Assembly: GCA_003990765.1 (NCBI GenBank)
Contig: RBNJ01000323.1
Coordinates: 1-33,083 of the forward strand
Direction: 5' to 3'
Source of the DNA: Jimgerdemannia flammicorona
Taxonomy: Eukaryota
Length of the DNA: 33,083 nucleotides
Positions 28,379 to 33,083 of the stretch are shown here, piece by piece. Numbering within the stretch: position 1 is the stretch's first letter; each line of letters starts with the position of its first letter. Both the position numbers and the translations under genes were made by a program. The notes beneath the pieces are model-generated. The model was not told where the DNA came from. It searched no databases and was given only the letters and a program-made list of their open reading frames with translations.

Positions 28379-30420
28379 TTTGTAGCACTGATCCAACCAA
28401 AGAAAGAAGACAAGAAGCTATTCATTAGTGAAAGTATCAAATTACTACTGAACAAGTACAAGGATATCTTTCTGGACAAACTACCTGGTCTACTACCTTC
28501 AAGAGACTATGACCACAAAATCAAGTTGGTACCTGATGCAGCTATACTTAAGAAGAAAATATACCATATGTCTCTACTCAAAATTGAAGAGTCAAGAAGA
28601 AACTCAATGAACTCATCGAGTAAGGAGCCATTCAGCCCAGCAAGTCACCCTTTAGCTCCCCAGTCCTATTTGTCAAGAAAAAGAATGATACTCTGCAAAT
28701 GTATATAGACTACTGAGTACTTAACAAGATCACAGTCAAGAACCATTATCTGCTACTGCTCATAGATCAAATCTTTGATACTCTTAAGAATGCAAAGTAC
28801 TTCACCAAGATTGATCTCACCTCTGGGTATTACCAAATTCGAATCAAGCCAGAAGACATACTCAAGACTGCCTTCATGACACTCTTTGGACTTTATGAAT
28901 TTCTAGTCATGGCCTTTGGTCTCACCAATGTACCAGCAACCTTTCAAGACCTCATGCAAACTGTCTTCAAGGATCAGCTCTATATCTTTGTACTTATATA
29001 TATTGATGTCATCCTGATCTCCAGTAGTACTGAAGAAGAATACCTCAAGCATATTGAATAAGTCCTCAAGATCCTCCACAAGAACAAGCTCTATACAAAG
29101 CTTAAGAAATGTGAATTTTTCAAAGACCAAGTTGAATATCTTGGACATATTGTATCAGCCAAAGGAATTCAAGTAGACCTAAGGAAAATATAAGCCATTG
29201 AACAGTGGTCTGTACCAGCAAACCTCACTGAACTCAGGTCCTTCCTTGGTCTGGCTGGATACTATCATCGATTTGTCAAGAACTTCTCTGGCATTGCAGA
29301 ATCTTTGACAAACCTCCTGTGAAAGGAACCCAACTTTGACCTCTATGTCCCCTATATCTGGGATGCTTTCTGTCAACAAGCTTTTTAAGAACTCAAGAAC
29401 TGTCTGACCCATGCACCTGTCCTAAGAAACATGGACCCAAACTTGAAGTTCACAGTCACTACAGATGCATCTAACTTTGCCATTGGTACAGTCATTTCTC
29501 AAGATGATGGTCAAGGACACCAACCTATTGTCTTTGAGTCAAGAAAATTGTCCCCAGTAGAACAAAAGCTGGCTACTCATGAAAAGAAACTCTTGGCAAT
29601 CATGCATACTCTTAAGACCTAGTGATACTACCTAAAAGGAGTTGAGTTTGATATGATCACTGATCACAGATCTCTTCAGTATATCAATACTCAACCAACC
29701 TTTTCTTATCAACAAGCCAAGTAGAGTCAACTGCTTCAGACCTTTACCTCAAACATCATTTATAAGCCTGGCAAAACTCTGGTTGTACCAGATATACTTT
29801 TAAAAAGATCTAACCTTGCTGCAATTTTACAAGTCACCATGGCACCTGAATTCCTCAATCAGATCAAGGAGGCATATGAACAAAACTCTCTAGTTCTACA
29901 AAGGAATACCAAGGAATTCAAGAAAAAGTATACCATCAAGGACAACCTCATGTACTATCAAGACAAAGTATATATTCCTGCTAACTCTGAACTATGGTAT
30001 AAGATTCTTCATGAACATCATGACTCCCTACTAGCTGGTCACCTTGGAACTGAGAAGACCATCAAGAATATCCAACAAGACTACTACTGGCCAAACATGC
30101 TCAAGGAAATCAAGGAGTATGTCCAAAGTTGTGATCTTTGTCAAAGAAATAAGTCAAGTAACCAAGTACCTGTCAGTCTTTTACAACTCTTGTCAATTCC
30201 AACCAAGAAGTTTGAACAAGTCACAATGGACTTCATTATGCAACTCCCACAAACCAAAACAGGCTATGATACTATTATTATATTTATGGACCATCTCACC
30301 AAGATTATAATCACTAAGCTAACCACAACCAATGCCACTGTCCCAGAAATTGCAAGAATCTTCTTCAAGACTGTCTTCTGCCATTATGGACTTTCCCGAG
30401 TAATTATCAGTGACCTAGAG
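28364..30420 (+). pseudogene. Gypsy 1 polyprotein, 3' part: RT - RNase H - integrase (truncated)
   Basis: YKDIFLDKLPGLLPSRDYDHKIKL, SPFSSPVLFVKKK, RT/RNase H/integrase motifs; apparent 1-nt frameshift near 28590; ends abruptly at IISD. Confidence 0.92.
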
Positions 30421-33058
30421 TAAGGGTCTAATGTGGCTGTCAACTTTGGAAAAGTCTTCTTCAGAGTTCTCAGGTTCTCCTTTGGATGGGTGGATGGAGA
30501 TAGCAAAGAGAGGGCATTTCTTGGCCAATTTCTTGAGTTGCAACTTATTGATGTAGGTGATCTTTGGTCCAGAGTTACTAGAGCTGAGTGGGTCCTTTTT
30601 ACCTTGCAGTTTGAAGTTGTAGCATCCTTTCTTGATGGTCAGAGAATGGTTTACCCAATCGATTATGGGGTTCTCTTACTTCAACCATAGAGTTCCAAGA
30701 ATGATTTCATTGTCAGGAAGTGGTATAATCTGGAGGATAACATGTACTCAGTAGTTGCCAATTTGGAAGAGTAGGTTGCAGACTTCCATATGAGGTTCCA
30801 TTAGCTATAGCAACTGCTTGAGTTTGTTATATCAAAGAGGTGAAGACCTTGAGTCTGTTGGCTGTTTCTTCATTGATGAAGTTGCCTGAGGCACTGCTGT
30901 CTATCATAATCTTGACAAGTGCTTGATTGACAAAAGCTTGAAGTATAAGTAGTTTGTCTGATCCAATAGTGGTAATTTCAGTTATAGGGGCTTTTCTTCT
31001 GTTGGTTCTTCTTTGAGCCAGTTCATTAATATAAGAGAAGTAATTGTTGATTATTTAGAAAGAGTACATTCTAATACTATGGGAGCATTGGCCACTTGGT
31101 ACATATCTGTCTTCAATTTTCTTATAGAATTATTCTTCTTTGTTCATAATAGATTGGGCTGAGGCCTTGTTTGATGAGCCAAATCCTTTAGATCCTCGAA
31201 TAGTGGGCAGTAGTTCAGGGACTTCCTTGACTGTCAGAGTTGACTTGATTTTCTTGAATAGAATCTGTATAATATAGAAATCAATGAGAATCTTAAAGAG
31301 TGTCTAACTATGATTTCAAATGAGGACAATAATTTTATCTGTGTAATTTTTGTCAATGACTCCTCCTTTTACTGAGAGTCCTTTCAATACTAGACTGCTA
31401 TGACAGTATATTCTTCCAACATGTCCTTCAGAGATTTAGATACTGATTCCTATATAGACTTGCTTAACTTCTCAGTTGGAGACTGTAGCTTCTTTAGCTG
31501 CATATAGGTCATATCTAGCTGCCTTTTGACTTCCTTTCATTGGGGCCTTAGTAGTTTGTCTTAACTTGACAAAGTCCAGTGTTCTGGTAGTCAGGTTATT
31601 GAGGTAGTGTAGAGTAGTAACAGTTACTCATATTGCTATTTGGGGTTTTTGGTTAGGGCAGGCCCTGGTCATGTGTCCTGTTTTTCAGTAATAGAAGTAT
31701 GCTCCGCTTCTTTGAAGTTCATTTCTTTCTCCTTCAGTGAGTTTCTTAAAGGTATTTAGTTGGGTGGATTCATGATTTCTGGGTGTCCATGAGATGGATG
31801 TTGAGAGAGCTTGGAATGCTTCATGCTTGGGTTTTTCTTTCTTGGTCTAAGTTTTTTCCTTATTATTAAATTGTCTTTGGGGCAGAATTGGTTCAGCTGT
31901 TAGGATTCACTTAACCATAGTCTTGATTCTTACTAGGCACTATTATTGGTAATCACAACCAACTAGATAGCCTTGTTCTCAGATTTTTCTAGTAAGTTAT
32001 TCAGGTAGTACATTGAATAGATGGTCTGCTCTTATATTATTTCATACTTCATCATTGGTGATATATCCTAGGCCAATAGTATTCAGGAGTAACTTGAGTT
32101 TTGTATAAAAGATTTTGAATTCTTTTTTATCATATATATCAAATTTGAGATTGTGAAGTTTTACTCAAGATTTGGCAATTATGGTTTTGCTACAGTATTG
32201 AGCAATCATAAGTTGTTTTTAGTCCAGGGGCTACAGGATGGGCTCTATATCCTAGGACATTATTTGCTGCATTTTGGGCAACAACCATAGGTTGGGTGTC
32301 CTATGTGAGGGATTTTTCTAGAAAGGTTTACTACTATTCTTTGGCAGGTCCTCAGAAGAATATAACAACTTGACAGACATAGGCTGTAGTAATAACAAAG
32401 AGTTGTTCCAGAGTGTGGTCTTAATTATTTATCAGAAAGTAGTCAGCAACTCACTCATTGGTCTATTGATTGGCTTCAAAGTTGGTATCAACTATACTAA
32501 TGAAGCTTTGAACTTCTTGTGTAGTACTATTGAAGGTAGGTAGGCTCAGATTTTTGGTAGGTCAAGTCTGTTCAGCTAAGACAGTAATGGTTGCTGTCAT
32601 TATTGCTACCTAGGCTGTGAGGTCCAGAATCTATTAATTCACCATATTGTTTGTTAGAGATAGTTGAACTACTATAAGAGGGTTACTTTTTAGAATAACC
32701 ATTATGTAGTTCTGGAAGAGTTTTCTGAAAGTTCTGGATATTCTGGAAGACTGTTTTCTTATGGTCAAGATCAATTTTATATGGAGTATGTCCTCTATGC
32801 TTATTGATTTTAAGATCAGGTTAACATCTCAACCAAAGTCCTTTTTTGGACTAGTTCTGAATGTTCAGGATTTTCTGTATTTCAGAAAGTTTAAGAAACT
32901 AAGACCAGCTTAGTTGAATTGGCATATCACTGCAGACAATACCCAATTAGGAAATTTTATAATGGGATTAGGAGTGGGACCTAATGGGGAGCAGATTTAC
33001 TTAAGAGTAGTTTGTGGGTTATTAAATAGGTTTATTTGCTATTCATAATATTGCTATA
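30421..33058 (-). mobile_element. Ty3/Gypsy retrotransposon 2 (highly degenerate): Gag - dUTPase - protease, truncated before RT
   Basis: Manual minus-strand translation: zinc knuckle GAYFYY*KTGHMTRACP (~31700-31655); in-frame dUTPase (~31590-31172) with AARYDLYA, GRIYCHSSL, GGVIDKNYTDKI, RGSKGFGSS; protease IMIDSSASGNFI (~30900) and IILGTLWL. Possible LTR end/PBS at ~32705-32690 (CTACA-TAA-TGG); outer boundary uncertain. Confidence 0.8.
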
Positions 33059-33083
33059 CTAGGAGTAGTGCTCCTATGTAGAA

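Larger units (their letters stand above)
20072..30420 (+). mobile_element. Ty3/Gypsy LTR retrotransposon 1 (degenerate, dUTPase-bearing), interrupted by a LINE and truncated within integrase
   Basis: LTR + PBS; Gag (KSDIFDS...VWLFQLEQY, PAPMDLD, CFFCYQPDHIATKC); dUTPase; protease (LIDSGAVGNFI, YDLILGKPWL); RT (IDLTSGYYQI, FGLTNVPATFQ, YIDV); RNase H (TDASNFAIG); integrase (HHDSLLAGHLG...CDLCQRNK, DFIMQLP, IISD). Confidence 0.93.

Overview
Eukaryotic, intron-rich fungal genomic DNA. An early-diverging fungus (Mucoromycota-like) is inferred from the short GT-AG introns, a metazoan-type RPAP3 and the transposon types. A compact island of five host genes (about 2.4-19.2 kb) sits between decayed, AT-rich, CpG-poor transposon DNA. 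The genes are: an intronless TFIIIC delta/tau60-type subunit (+); RPAP3 (-); RRG7/DUF2034 (+, head-to-head with RPAP3, 68 bp between ATGs); a Snf2/Sth1/BRG1-type remodeller ATPase (-); and an unusual protein with two tandem winged-helix domains that mixes forkhead and Stb3 features (-). The left flank holds a decayed unknown ORF and a Ty1/Copia RT remnant. The right flank holds a Ty3/Gypsy element (5' LTR, tRNA-iMet-type PBS, Gag-dUTPase-PR-RT-RH-IN polyprotein). It is split by a full-length 5.9 kb L1/Tx1-type LINE with poly(A) tail and 16-bp TSD, and is joined tail-to-tail to a second, divergent, inverted Gypsy that also has dUTPase between Gag and protease. All elements show a strong C-to-T / G-to-A decay signature. 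Exon boundaries and translations were worked out by eye; no database searches were run.
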